Origin: a virus | Virus record (IMG/VR): IMGVR_UViG_3300046615_000032 | Length of the DNA: 48,408 nt | Direction: 5' to 3' (one strand) | In this document: positions 9,546-18,626 of the stretch, in pieces | Layout: the number at the start of each line of letters is the position of its first letter | Position numbering within the stretch: the first letter of the stretch is position 1 | Made by a program: the position numbers and the translations under genes | Notes under the pieces: model-generated | Database searches by the model: none | Told to the model about the DNA's origin: nothing | Seen by the model: the letters and a program-made list of their open reading frames with translations, nothing else

Positions 9546-10403
9546 ATGGCGAAGCTCCTCTTGGAGAACGCCCTGGACTCCTTGTCCCTCAACGGGGTCG
9601 AGGATGAAGGCAGGGGGGTGCAGGCAACGACTGGCGTGTCCGGTCTGGGCCTGCCCCCCGTGTCTGTCCAGTGGCTGGAAGGCGCGGGCGACGGTGCGAT
9701 GTACCGACGCACCCGCGTCCTGGCGCGGGACATCGACATCCCGCTGGACATCGTCGGCACTGACCGCGATGACCTGAAGTCGATCCTCTCCCGGCTGGCT
9801 CAGATGCTGGCCGGGCCATGCACGCTGCGGCTGGTCGAGGACGACGGTTCCGACTGGTCCACCGATGTGGTCCGGGTCGGGGGCGGCGAGTACGCCTACG
9901 GCACGGACACCACCGGCAACCGGGACGTCCAGACGGTGATCACGCTTCGCGCGGGTGATCCGTACTGGACGTCCTCGGTGACCACCACACAGCAGATCGG
10001 CGGCACCACCACCGCAGGTTCGTTCGTGTCCGGCTTCATGTCCATGCCGGTGGCCTCCTCGCAGGCGATCGGCGAGATCACGCTGGAGAACACGGGCGAC
10101 GTTGCGGTCTACCCCGTCTGGACCATCTTCGGTCCGGGCGACAACTTCAAGGCGATCTCCCCCACGGGAGAGACCTTGTACTGGAAGGGCACGCTCGCGG
10201 CTGGCGAGAAGCTGATCGTGGATGCGCGCTACGGCACCGTCAAGGACGGGACCGGCGCGAACCGCTACTCGCTCCTCGACACGGCCCCGAGGTTCTGGGC
10301 GATCGAGCCCGGCATGTCGACGTGCACGGCCAGCCTGCTCAACACCACGTCGGCCTCGAAGATCACGGTGGCATGGAAGCCCCGGAAGTGGATGGTGATC
10401 TGA
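9546..10403 (+). CDS. Minor tail protein (distal tail protein-like)
   Basis: First ORF after the tape measure gene, 285 aa. Confidence 0.65.
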   Translation: MAKLLLENALDSLSLNGVEDEGRGVQATTGVSGLGLPPVSVQWLEGAGDGAMYRRTRVLARDIDIPLDIVGTDRDDLKSILSRLAQMLAGPCTLRLVEDDGSDWSTDVVRVGGGEYAYGTDTTGNRDVQTVITLRAGDPYWTSSVTTTQQIGGTTTAGSFVSGFMSMPVASSQAIGEITLENTGDVAVYPVWTIFGPGDNFKAISPTGETLYWKGTLAAGEKLIVDARYGTVKDGTGANRYSLLDTAPRFWAIEPGMSTCTASLLNTTSASKITVAWKPRKWMVI

Positions 10404-10407
10404 CCCC

Positions 10408-11625
10408 ATGAAGCTCCGCGACCTCACGGTCGAGGTGCGGGACAAGGCGCTCAACCGCGTCGGTGCCATCCGCCCCGAGGAGCTGGTGCTGGAACTGGAA
10501 GACCAGTTCAACAACGTCGGAACCTGGAAGCTCACACTGGCTGCCGAGCACCCGCTCACGCAGGCACTGCGGACTCCAGGTTCCGGCGTCATCATCACCG
10601 GCCCGACCGACGTGCTCATGTCCGGCCCGACCTCGAAGAACGAGTTCGCCTCGACACCCGAAGACCCAGGCGGGTCAGTGGTGTTCGAGGGGATCTCCGA
10701 CACCTGCATCTTGTCGGACATGCTGTCCTTCCCCGACCCGACCAACGTCAACCCGACCACGCAGACCCTCTCGCACGACGTCCGTACCGGGCCTGCCGAG
10801 ACCCTGCTCCACGCCTACGTCAACGCGAACATCGGACCGAGCGCACCGGCAGCTCGACGCAGGGCTGGGCTCATCATGGGCACCAACCTGGCGCGCGGCA
10901 CGGTGATGACGAAGTCCGCCCGCTTCCCGGTGCTGGGCAACCTGCTCACTGACATCGCCGTCGTGGACGGCCTTGGCTTCCGCATCGTGCAGCGCGGTGC
11001 GAACCTGGTCTTCGAGACCTACCAGATCACCGACCGGACGAAGACGATCCGGCTCGACGTCCTGAACAACACGCTGGCCGGTCAGCGCGTGGCCATCTCT
11101 CCCCCGTCCGCTACCCACGTCATCGTGGCCGGTCAGGGCGAGCAGGAGGACCGGACCTTCCGGGACGTCACGACTCCCGAGTCCCTTGCCGCTGAGGCGG
11201 ACTGGGGTCGACGCATCGAGGTGTTCCAGGACCAGCGAGATCAGGCGGAGGACGCCCAACTCGACCAGTCCGGGCTGGAGACGCTGGCCGAGAAGGGCTT
11301 CACTGCGGTCGCCGTACAGGCGGTCCCGATGGAGGACTCGGCCATGCAGTTCGGCGTCGACTGGGGCCTGGGCGACACCGTCTCGGTCGTGGTCAACGAC
11401 CAGGAGCTCAGCTCCACCGTCACCGGCATGATCCTGAAGGCCACCTCCGATGGCTTCAAGATCGGCGTCGAGCTCGGTGACGCAACCGGCTTCAACGCCG
11501 AGGCTGCCTACGCGCAGCGAGTCCAGGACACGGAGAACCGTGTGAGCAAGCTCGAACGCAACAGTTCGGGTGGCGGCGGCGTCTCTACCGATGACCAGAT
11601 CATGAACATCATGGGGGTGTGGTAA
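10408..11625 (+). CDS. Minor tail protein (Siphovirus Gp37-like / tail-associated)
   Basis: Second ORF after the tape measure gene, 405 aa. The N-terminus MKLRDLTVEVRD... recalls Gp37-like tail proteins; this is from memory, not searched. Confidence 0.6.
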   Translation: MKLRDLTVEVRDKALNRVGAIRPEELVLELEDQFNNVGTWKLTLAAEHPLTQALRTPGSGVIITGPTDVLMSGPTSKNEFASTPEDPGGSVVFEGISDTCILSDMLSFPDPTNVNPTTQTLSHDVRTGPAETLLHAYVNANIGPSAPAARRRAGLIMGTNLARGTVMTKSARFPVLGNLLTDIAVVDGLGFRIVQRGANLVFETYQITDRTKTIRLDVLNNTLAGQRVAISPPSATHVIVAGQGEQEDRTFRDVTTPESLAAEADWGRRIEVFQDQRDQAEDAQLDQSGLETLAEKGFTAVAVQAVPMEDSAMQFGVDWGLGDTVSVVVNDQELSSTVTGMILKATSDGFKIGVELGDATGFNAEAAYAQRVQDTENRVSKLERNSSGGGGVSTDDQIMNIMGVW

Positions 11626-11628
11626 CGA

Positions 11629-11931
11629 GTGGCGAACACGCCGACATGCCTCTACCGAGGTAACACGACGACCAGCTTGGCGACGGTCTACACCGTGCCG
11701 ACGAAGACCAAGACCATCGTCACCAACATCGTGGTGACCAACAGCGGCACGACCGCTGCGACCGTCCTGCTCCAGATCGGCGGCTACGCCATCGTCCCGA
11801 ACACCCCCGTCCCGGCGAACGGCATCTTCACCCTCGACGTCACGCAGGTGATCGAGGAGACGAACACCGTCAAGGTGCAGGCAAGTTCGACCACATGCGC
11901 AGTGCACGTCTCAGGAGTGGAGGTGGCCTGA
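11629..11931 (+). CDS. Small tail-module protein
   Basis: 100 aa, Thr/Val-rich, stop overlaps the start of the fibre gene. Confidence 0.6.
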   Translation: MANTPTCLYRGNTTTSLATVYTVPTKTKTIVTNIVVTNSGTTAATVLLQIGGYAIVPNTPVPANGIFTLDVTQVIEETNTVKVQASSTTCAVHVSGVEVA

Positions 11932-13595
11932 TGGGCTTCAGCGTCATCCCCGCTCCCGAGGTCTCCGGCCTCACTGGAGCTCCAGGGCCATCCGGCCTGA
12001 ACGGGTCCAACGGCAACGTGATCCTGTCCGGCACCACGGCACCAACTGCCGCGCAGGGCAACGACGGTGACGTCTACATCCAGGACGACAGCCGGACCTT
12101 CCTCGGTGTGACGAGCACCAACCTCACGGTCTACCGCAAGGTGTCCGGCGCATGGACTCAGGTCGGTGCCTCGCCGGTCGGTGGATCGAAGTGGTACCTG
12201 AACACCACCTCGACGTCGAGCACCGACACTAAGCCCGGCGACATGCTGCTCCGCACCGACACGGGCGACATCTGGCAGCGCAGTGCCTCTGGTTGGGGCA
12301 ACCCGATCGGCAACCTGAAGGGACCGAAGGGCGACACCGGGGCGACTGGCGCTACCGGTGCGACTGGTCCCGCTGGGCCGACAGGCGCGACCGGGGCTAC
12401 CGGCCCGACTGGTCCGACTGGCCCCCAGGGTCCGGCTGGTCCGGCTGGCGGCGTCACCTCGGTGAACACCAAGACCGGTGCCGTCTCCCTGTCGGCTGCC
12501 GACGTCAACGCCCTGCCCACCACGGGCGGCACGCTCAGCGGCGAGCTCAGCGTGGACGGTGCGGCTGCCACGTACCGCGAGTTCTCGTTCAAGACGGGCG
12601 GCGCGAAGCGTTGGTCGATCCAGGCGGAGAACAGCTCCGAGGCTGCCGGTGACGGCACGGGCTCCGACTTCCGGATCTTCTCCCGGAACAACGACGGCAC
12701 CTTCAACCTGACCGGCATGTCGATCACCCGCAAGTGGGCGCAGACCGCCTTCGGCGACGGCAAGCCCCTGGGCGACGCGAAGGCCACGACCATCGGGGCG
12801 CACGGCCTGCGAGACATGACCTGGGAGCCCGCCCTCCCCAACGAGGGCGTCCTGCTCTACTCGCGGGGCGGCTTGCCCTACATCAAGCAGGGCAACGGGA
12901 CGGTCTTCCAGGTGACGCCTGCGGGTGTTGGTCCCCAGGGTCCGGCTGGCCCTACGGGTCCTGCTGGTCCGACTGGTCCGGCTGGACCGCAAGGCATCCA
13001 GGGTGCGACTGGCTCCACCGGTCCGCAGGGTCCGGCTGGTCCGTCTCTCCCGCAGTTCGAGCCTGCCGACCTGGGCCTGGCGGCGTGGGCGTTCGACCCG
13101 GCGCTGACCCTGTCGGACGGGCGACTGCCCGGCACCTCTGCCCGCGTCACGGCTGTGGTACTGAGGCAGACGACGACGATCTCGAAGGTAGCGTTCCACT
13201 TCACCAGCTACGCGGGCGGCATCACGACCGGCTCCTGGGCTGCGATCTACGACACTGCCGGGACGAGGAAGGCCACTACGGCTGACATCGTCGGCACGAC
13301 CCAGTTCCCCACCGTCTCAGCCGCTGGTGGCCAGACCGTCTCCGTGCCGCTGACCTCCTCGGTCTCGCTCACGCCCGGCATCTACTACATCGTCTGGCGC
13401 TTCCAGTACACGACGAACGGGCCGCTGCTCCTCCAGTTGGAGAACGCGGGCAACACGCCCCCGAACAACTTCGGCCTCACGGTCGTCCGGCGCTTCGGCG
13501 TCTACTCCTCTGGCCTGGGCACGACAGCACCGGCCAGCATCACCGTCTCCAGCATGGAGGTCGGGGCCAACCGCTACTGGGCGGGACTGGCGTAA
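11931..13595 (+). CDS. Collagen-like tail fibre protein
   Basis: ATG at 11931 with a GGAGTGGAGG SD. There are two Gly-X-Y blocks (12321-12449 and 12930-13046). Confidence 0.8.
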   Translation: MGFSVIPAPEVSGLTGAPGPSGLNGSNGNVILSGTTAPTAAQGNDGDVYIQDDSRTFLGVTSTNLTVYRKVSGAWTQVGASPVGGSKWYLNTTSTSSTDTKPGDMLLRTDTGDIWQRSASGWGNPIGNLKGPKGDTGATGATGATGPAGPTGATGATGPTGPTGPQGPAGPAGGVTSVNTKTGAVSLSAADVNALPTTGGTLSGELSVDGAAATYREFSFKTGGAKRWSIQAENSSEAAGDGTGSDFRIFSRNNDGTFNLTGMSITRKWAQTAFGDGKPLGDAKATTIGAHGLRDMTWEPALPNEGVLLYSRGGLPYIKQGNGTVFQVTPAGVGPQGPAGPTGPAGPTGPAGPQGIQGATGSTGPQGPAGPSLPQFEPADLGLAAWAFDPALTLSDGRLPGTSARVTAVVLRQTTTISKVAFHFTSYAGGITTGSWAAIYDTAGTRKATTADIVGTTQFPTVSAAGGQTVSVPLTSSVSLTPGIYYIVWRFQYTTNGPLLLQLENAGNTPPNNFGLTVVRRFGVYSSGLGTTAPASITVSSMEVGANRYWAGLA

Positions 13596-13623
13596 CCCCT
13601 TGTGACAGAAGGGAGTTCAACCC

Positions 13624-14043
13624 ATGGGCGCTTCTCTGTACCCGCCCACCAAGAACGACACCGGCTGGCTGTCTTTCGGCAGCCTGCCCGGCATCACCTA
13701 CTCCAACGGCTTCTCGTACAGCTCCGGTTCGTACCGGCTGTACGACAACCGCATGGCCTTCTCGGTCGTGGTGAAGCTCAGCGACACCGCGTCAGCCATC
13801 CCGACCACGGCCACAGGTGTCGGCTCGGGCAACGTCGTGGGTGACCCGGTCATCTTCACGCTGCCTGTCGGCTACCGCCCGTCCAGCGTTCAGGTGCTCC
13901 TGCTCGACGCCTCCCTCGGCGGGTACAGCGGACGCCTCCAGGTCGCCGGAACGCTGGGCATCTACGACGGCCCCACAGGCGCGTCGATCTCGCCTGGTGA
14001 CTTCATCACCATGTCCGCCGACTACATCCTGCTCGGCATGTAA
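13624..14043 (+). CDS. Tail-tip-associated protein, paralogue 1
   Basis: 139 aa. It shares MGAS(L/I)YPP and LP.GYRP with the next gene. Confidence 0.7.
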   Translation: MGASLYPPTKNDTGWLSFGSLPGITYSNGFSYSSGSYRLYDNRMAFSVVVKLSDTASAIPTTATGVGSGNVVGDPVIFTLPVGYRPSSVQVLLLDASLGGYSGRLQVAGTLGIYDGPTGASISPGDFITMSADYILLGM

Positions 14044-14067
14044 CCCGAAGGAGCGCCACCCCCCACC

Positions 14068-14454
14068 ATGGGCGCAAGCATCTACCCCCCACCCGTAGCA
14101 GCCGCCCCGTCGCCGGTCACCGCCACCTCTGGCGTCACGGCGTCGAGCGGCTTCTCGCTGAACAACTGCTTCCTGACGAAGATCAACGGCATCGCGACCG
14201 TCAAGGCCGACGTCAAGGTGGTCACCGCGATGAGCGCAGGCAGCTCCGCCCCGTACAACCTGGCGGACACCGTGATCTGCAACCTGCCGGACGGCTACCG
14301 CCCACGGCAGACCATGACCGCGCTGTACTCCACCGGCTACGCGGATGGCGAGTGTGACATCACTTCTGACGGCGACGTCACGATCCGAACGACCAACACG
14401 TACAGCCTCTCGGCCAACGACACGGTCCGCTTCTCGGCGACCTTCGTCCTGTAA
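14068..14454 (+). CDS. Tail-tip-associated protein, paralogue 2
   Basis: 128 aa, a paralogue of 13624..14043. Confidence 0.7.
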   Translation: MGASIYPPPVAAAPSPVTATSGVTASSGFSLNNCFLTKINGIATVKADVKVVTAMSAGSSAPYNLADTVICNLPDGYRPRQTMTALYSTGYADGECDITSDGDVTIRTTNTYSLSANDTVRFSATFVL

Positions 14455-14469
14455 CTCCCCCTGCACTTC

Positions 14470-14498
14470 AAGCCCCTGAGCCGTCTGGCCGGGGGCTT
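14470..14498 (+). terminator. Stem-loop
   Basis: AAGCCCC ... GGGGCTT followed by CTTCC. Confidence 0.45.
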
Positions 14499-14527
14499 CT
14501 TCCATGCCCACCAGGAAGGACCCCTCA

Positions 14528-15793
14528 GTGGCACAGACCTCCTACCCCTTCGACGCGCAGACCGTCAGCGAGTCCCAGTACAGTCAGTACTTCCGCGAGC
14601 TCCAGGACTCCGGTGTCGTCGGTTCAGCCGGTGGCCCCGAGCTGAAGGTCTCGTCGTCTGGCGGCATGACCCTGTCGGTCGCCATCGGTCAGGCCGTCGT
14701 GCGTGGCCACTTCTACAACAACGACGCCGTCGCCTCGCTGACCATCGCGGCTGCCGACACCGCCGCTCGAACGGACCGGATCGTCCTTCGACTGGACCCG
14801 GCTGCGAACAGCATCGTGCTGATGATCCTGCGGGGTGCGGCTGGCGGCGGCGTCCCCGCGCTGACCCAGACCGACACCGGCATCTACGACATGGTGCTGG
14901 CCAACGTCACGGTCGGCGCGAGCGTCACCTCGATCTCGGCTGCCAACATCACCGATCAGCGCCGCTTCGTCGGCACCCGCATCGGTGCCTGGAGCACCGC
15001 GCTGCGCCCGACCTCTCCGCGCACCGGCAAGCTCGGCTTCAACACCGACACGCTCGTCTGGGAGTTCTGGAACGGCACGGCCTGGACGAACCTCACGCAG
15101 TCCGTCGACTGGTCCAGCCTGAGCAACAAGCCCGGCACGTTCCCCCCGAGTGCACACACCCACCTGTGGGCCGACGTCACGGACAAGCCGACGACGTTCA
15201 CGCCCAGCTCGCACACGCACGACTGGTCGCAGATCACGGGCGAGCCCGCCACGTTCCCGCCGTCGACTCACTCGCACTCCTGGTCCTCGATCACCTCGAA
15301 GCCGACCACGTTCGCCCCGAGCTCGCACAGCCACAGCTCCTACCTGGAGTCCGGCGACACGATCTCCTGGGCCAACGGCACCAAGCGAGTCCACGCCGAC
15401 TCGGTCTCCGGGTCCGGCACCTACTACGCGGTGTGGGTCCAGGGTGACGGCACCTTCGCTCGCAACACCTCCTCGATCAGGTTCAAGGAGAACGTCCGCG
15501 ACCACCCGATCGACCCGGCCAAGGTGCTGGCTCTGCGCCCGGTCATCTACGACCGCAAGCTCCAGGAGGGCGACGAGTCCCGGCGCACCGACGAGTTCGG
15601 GCTCATCGCCGAGGAAGTCAACGAGCACATCCCCGAGATCGTCAACATCCTGGATGGCGAGGTCGACGGCCTTCGCTACGACCTTCTGCCGGTGGCCATG
15701 CTCACTGTCGTCCAGGACCAGCAGGCTCGCATCGAGTCGCTGGAGGAGAAGGTTGCCCGACTGGAGTCCCTGGTCCAGGGCCTGACGGGGTGA
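14528..15793 (+). CDS. Tail fibre with HxH repeats and C-terminal S74-type intramolecular chaperone domain
   Basis: GTG at 14528 follows an AGGAAGGA SD; an alternative ATG lies at 14504. It has four 19-aa HxH repeats. The C-terminal IRFKENV...EFGLIAEEV...LESLEEKVARLE pattern matches endosialidase-chaperone (S74) domains. Confidence 0.8.
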   Translation: MAQTSYPFDAQTVSESQYSQYFRELQDSGVVGSAGGPELKVSSSGGMTLSVAIGQAVVRGHFYNNDAVASLTIAAADTAARTDRIVLRLDPAANSIVLMILRGAAGGGVPALTQTDTGIYDMVLANVTVGASVTSISAANITDQRRFVGTRIGAWSTALRPTSPRTGKLGFNTDTLVWEFWNGTAWTNLTQSVDWSSLSNKPGTFPPSAHTHLWADVTDKPTTFTPSSHTHDWSQITGEPATFPPSTHSHSWSSITSKPTTFAPSSHSHSSYLESGDTISWANGTKRVHADSVSGSGTYYAVWVQGDGTFARNTSSIRFKENVRDHPIDPAKVLALRPVIYDRKLQEGDESRRTDEFGLIAEEVNEHIPEIVNILDGEVDGLRYDLLPVAMLTVVQDQQARIESLEEKVARLESLVQGLTG

Positions 15794-16182
15794 ACACCGC
15801 GATGGAGCCGACCGTTCAGGTCGCGCTCGTAACCACCGGAGGCACGATCCTGGTGACGCTCATCGGCGTAGTGGTCGAGATGCTTCGACGCAACCACAAG
15901 GCCCTCACCGAGGTGCAGGAGAACGCGCAGATCGCTCGCGATCAGGTCGCCAACTCTCACAGCACGAACCTCCGTGACGACATGGATCGGCTTCACGACG
16001 ACGTCCGCGAAGTGCTCGACGTCCTTCGTCAGCACGGCTCGGAGATCGGCGGCCTGCGGGCCGACCTTCGGCAGGAGCGCGTCGAGCGCCTTGCCGTCTC
16101 CGAGCGACTGGACCACCACCTGACCACGGTCGCCTCGACCACTGCCGCGACGGTCGCTGCCGTCATGGGCGGGACCGAGTAA
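15790..16182 (+). CDS. Membrane protein (one TM segment plus coiled coil), lysis-cassette associated
   Basis: 130 aa with an N-terminal hydrophobic helix. GTGA overlap with the fibre gene, directly upstream of the endolysin. Confidence 0.6.
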   Translation: MNTAMEPTVQVALVTTGGTILVTLIGVVVEMLRRNHKALTEVQENAQIARDQVANSHSTNLRDDMDRLHDDVREVLDVLRQHGSEIGGLRADLRQERVERLAVSERLDHHLTTVASTTAATVAAVMGGTE

Positions 16183-16250
16183 CGACCACCCCCGCGAAGG
16201 CCCTGGCTCACATCGAGCTGGGGCCTTCGCCATGTACGGAAGGAGAACCA

Positions 16251-17234
16251 GTGAGCACTGGACCCCAGACCTACCCCGGCGCGAACACCACCAAGGAATG
16301 GTTCCAGGACAACTACCCCGGCTCCAGCATGGAGGTGAACGTCGGCGTCATCCACACGACCGAGGGCACCAGCCTGCCGACCTACTCCAACGGTGCCGTC
16401 GCTCCGACGATGACCCTGGTGCCGGACTTCAAGGCGAAGAAGATGGTCGCCTACCAGCACTTCCCGATCGACAAGTCCGGACGCGCTCTCGTCAACGCTG
16501 CGGGCGGCGTGGAGACCAACACCCTCAACGCCTTCCAGGTCGAGCTCGTCGGCACCTGTGACCCCGGCACCCACTCGAAGTGGGCCAAGGCTGGGTACCC
16601 CCACATCTACTGGCCGGACGCTCCCGAGTGGGCGTACGAGGGCGTCGCCGACCTGATGCGCTGGCTCAACAAGGAGCACGGCATCCCGCTCACCTCGGGT
16701 CTGTCCTTCCTCGCCTACCCCAGGAGCTACGGCTCCGTCAGTGGGCAGCGCATGAGCGGGGCCAAGTGGCAGAGCTTCAAGGGATGGTGCGGACACCAGC
16801 ACGTCCCGGAGAACGTGCACGGCGACCCCGGCGACTTCCCCATCGAGAAGGTGCTGGCGATGGCGAAGCAGGGTGCGACAGCTCCCGCCCCGGCCAAGCC
16901 TGCACCGGCCAAGCCCGTCCCTGCCAAGCCTGCCCCGGCGAAGCCGAAGCCTGCCCCGAAGCCGGTCAAGCCGACGTCGAAGCTCTACAAGCTGGCCTCC
17001 GGCGTGAAGCCGGGCGCGAGGCACGTCCAGGTCAAGGACATCCAGCAGCTCCTGCTGAAGCTCGGCTACAAGATCCCCGGCGCGGTGACGGACTTCTACG
17101 GTCCTGCCACTGAGGCGGCTGTGGCCGCGTGGCATGAGCGGAACCCGAAGTACAAGAGCTACGGCGTGAAGCGGGACACCAAGCTCGGGGCGGCTGGCTA
17201 CATCGCGCTCCAGAAGCAGTGTGGTCGGCGATGA
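16251..17234 (+). CDS. Endolysin: N-acetylmuramoyl-L-alanine amidase with C-terminal peptidoglycan-binding domain
   Basis: IHTTEG ... GHQHVPENVHGDPG amidase_2-like motifs, a (PAKP)n linker, and a C-terminal LGYKIPGAVTDFYGPATEAAV PG_binding_1-like motif. Confidence 0.85.
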   Translation: MSTGPQTYPGANTTKEWFQDNYPGSSMEVNVGVIHTTEGTSLPTYSNGAVAPTMTLVPDFKAKKMVAYQHFPIDKSGRALVNAAGGVETNTLNAFQVELVGTCDPGTHSKWAKAGYPHIYWPDAPEWAYEGVADLMRWLNKEHGIPLTSGLSFLAYPRSYGSVSGQRMSGAKWQSFKGWCGHQHVPENVHGDPGDFPIEKVLAMAKQGATAPAPAKPAPAKPVPAKPAPAKPKPAPKPVKPTSKLYKLASGVKPGARHVQVKDIQQLLLKLGYKIPGAVTDFYGPATEAAVAAWHERNPKYKSYGVKRDTKLGAAGYIALQKQCGRR

Positions 17235-17518
17235 GCGGCGAGCACCGAGCCCCCTCCCCCAAGTTCCAGAAGGAGTCCTTCGTGGCCCTGCTCCTGCCCC
17301 TGCTCCCCACCAAGGCCCGGCCCTACGCGAAGGCGATCCTCGCCCTCCTGGGCACGGCTGCCTCGATCGCGACCCTGGTCTACGCGGATGACCCCCGCGT
17401 GGCTGCGGTCGTCCAGGCCCTGACCGCCCTGGGTGTCTACGCCCAGCCGAACGGCTCGGTCCCCGAGGACTTCCCCGAGGACGGGCTTGACGAGAACGAG
17501 CTCACCACCGAGGGCTGA
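17231..17518 (+). CDS. Membrane protein, possible holin
   Basis: ATGA overlap with the endolysin stop. It has 2-3 hydrophobic segments and an acidic C-terminus. Confidence 0.5.
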   Translation: MSGEHRAPSPKFQKESFVALLLPLLPTKARPYAKAILALLGTAASIATLVYADDPRVAAVVQALTALGVYAQPNGSVPEDFPEDGLDENELTTEG

Positions 17519-17528
17519 CCTCGGAACG

Positions 17529-17570
17529 CAGAAGACCCCCACCAGCTACGTGCTGAGTGGGGGCCTTCTG
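17529..17570. terminator. Bidirectional stem-loop between convergent genes
   Basis: CAGAAGACCCCCAC pairs with GTGGGGGCCTTCTG (13 of 14 positions), T-rich flank. Confidence 0.65.
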
Positions 17571-17589
17571 TCGTCTGTGGGCCTGGGCC

Positions 17590-17871
17590 TCACGACTGCT
17601 TCAGCTTCTCGATGTCTTCGAGGCTGACCACCTTCGCGGTGGACCGGCGACGCGGGGTGGTCGTCTTCTTCGCCGCCGTCTTCTTGACCGGCTGCGGGGT
17701 GATGCCTGCCGGGCTCTCGTCCAGCTTGAACAGCAGGGTCTCGATCGGACCGGCGTGATCCTTGCACAGGTCCATCTCGGTGCGCTCCCCGTCGCGCGTG
17801 ATGGTGTAGTGCATCGTCGCCTTGCCCACCTCGGTGGGGTCCATGTCGCAGACCGTGACCTGAACCTTCAT
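17590..17871 (-). CDS. Lsr2 N-terminal-domain-like protein lacking the Lsr2 DNA-binding domain
   Basis: ATG at 17871 with a GAGAAGGAG SD. MKVQVTVCDMD...TRDGERTEMDLCKDHA aligns with the oligomerisation domain of the Lsr2 at 29238. The C-terminus is a short basic tail. Confidence 0.55.
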   Translation of the reverse strand: MKVQVTVCDMDPTEVGKATMHYTITRDGERTEMDLCKDHAGPIETLLFKLDESPAGITPQPVKKTAAKKTTTPRRRSTAKVVSLEDIEKLKQS

Positions 17872-17996
17872 GCGGATCTCCTTCTCTCGGTGTGTGTTGC
17901 TCGGTAGGTGCAACGTACACGAACTTGCTTGCACTGTCACTCCCTGTGTGTAACGATGTGCAAGTAGTTACCGAGACCACATGAGAGGAGCACCAC
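17872..17996. promoter_or_regulatory. Divergent regulatory region
   Basis: Contains GTGCAA/TTGCAC inverted repeats, CTCGGTA...TACCGAG arms, AGTGACAGTG and TGTGTAAC motifs, and a GAGAGGAGCACC SD. Confidence 0.5.
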
Positions 17997-18455
17997 ATGG
18001 GAGCCCGCAAGATCCAGGACGAGCAGGAGGTCATCCGCTGGTTCGAGGAGGGGCGCACGTACGCCTGGATGGTGGACGAGTACAAGCGCAAGTACAACAT
18101 CGAGACCGTGCCCTCCCTGTGGGGGAACTTCCGGCGTCGGCGTGGGTTACAGCGTCGGCTCACCCGCAACGACGAGCTGATCCCCTGGCACGTCAAGCCT
18201 GAGCACCGCTGGCTGTACCCGATCGGGATGCTGCGCGTCGAGGCTCGGCGGCGAGACAAGGGCGAGGACGCCATCAGTGACCTGGAGCGCACCCGGCTCA
18301 ACTCCTGGAAGAAGATGCTGGCCGACGAGAACGCCGTCGTGCACTACGACCCGGACACCGAGGAGGGCTTCTTCTACGTCCCGCGCGGTGAGGGTGACAC
18401 GGACCTGATCCACGTCCCCAAGGTCAAGACCACCCCACGCCCTCGGGTGGACTGA
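17997..18455 (+). CDS. HTH DNA-binding protein
   Basis: 152 aa. The N-terminal EVIRWFEEGRTYAWMVDEY segment is HTH-like and the protein is basic. It is the first rightward early gene. Confidence 0.55.
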   Translation: MGARKIQDEQEVIRWFEEGRTYAWMVDEYKRKYNIETVPSLWGNFRRRRGLQRRLTRNDELIPWHVKPEHRWLYPIGMLRVEARRRDKGEDAISDLERTRLNSWKKMLADENAVVHYDPDTEEGFFYVPRGEGDTDLIHVPKVKTTPRPRVD

Positions 18456-18550
18456 CCCGGTTTGTAACCGTTCAAGTTTCCAGTGTTACTGTTCGACCCC
18501 GCAGTTCCGGTGCCACGGACTGCCCAGATGAAGACAACGTCTGATGCAAC

Positions 18551-18579
18551 TTGCACACTGGCCGAAGAACATGTACTGT
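18551..18579 (+). promoter_or_regulatory. Sigma70-type promoter candidate TTGCAC-17-TACTGT
   Basis: -35 at 18551-18556, -10 at 18574-18579. It is flanked by two GCAACTTGCAC 11-mers (18546 and 18593). Confidence 0.45.
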
Positions 18580-18626
18580 CCTTCGAGTCAGCGCAACTTG
18601 CACGCACCGGAGGAGGTAACCGCAAG

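Noticed and set aside
12321-13046. Short-period GGN-rich DNA repeats, considered as a non-coding tandem repeat or VNTR.
   Set aside because: They are in frame within a long ORF with strong GC3 and encode Gly-X-Y collagen-like triplets.
17981-18202. Track ORF 17981..18202, starting at the ATG inside the sequence CATGAGAGGAG.
   Set aside because: Its ATG lies within the SD region of the 17997 gene. It is in another frame and gives an Arg/Gly/His-rich product. 17997..18455 has the better SD spacing and composition.
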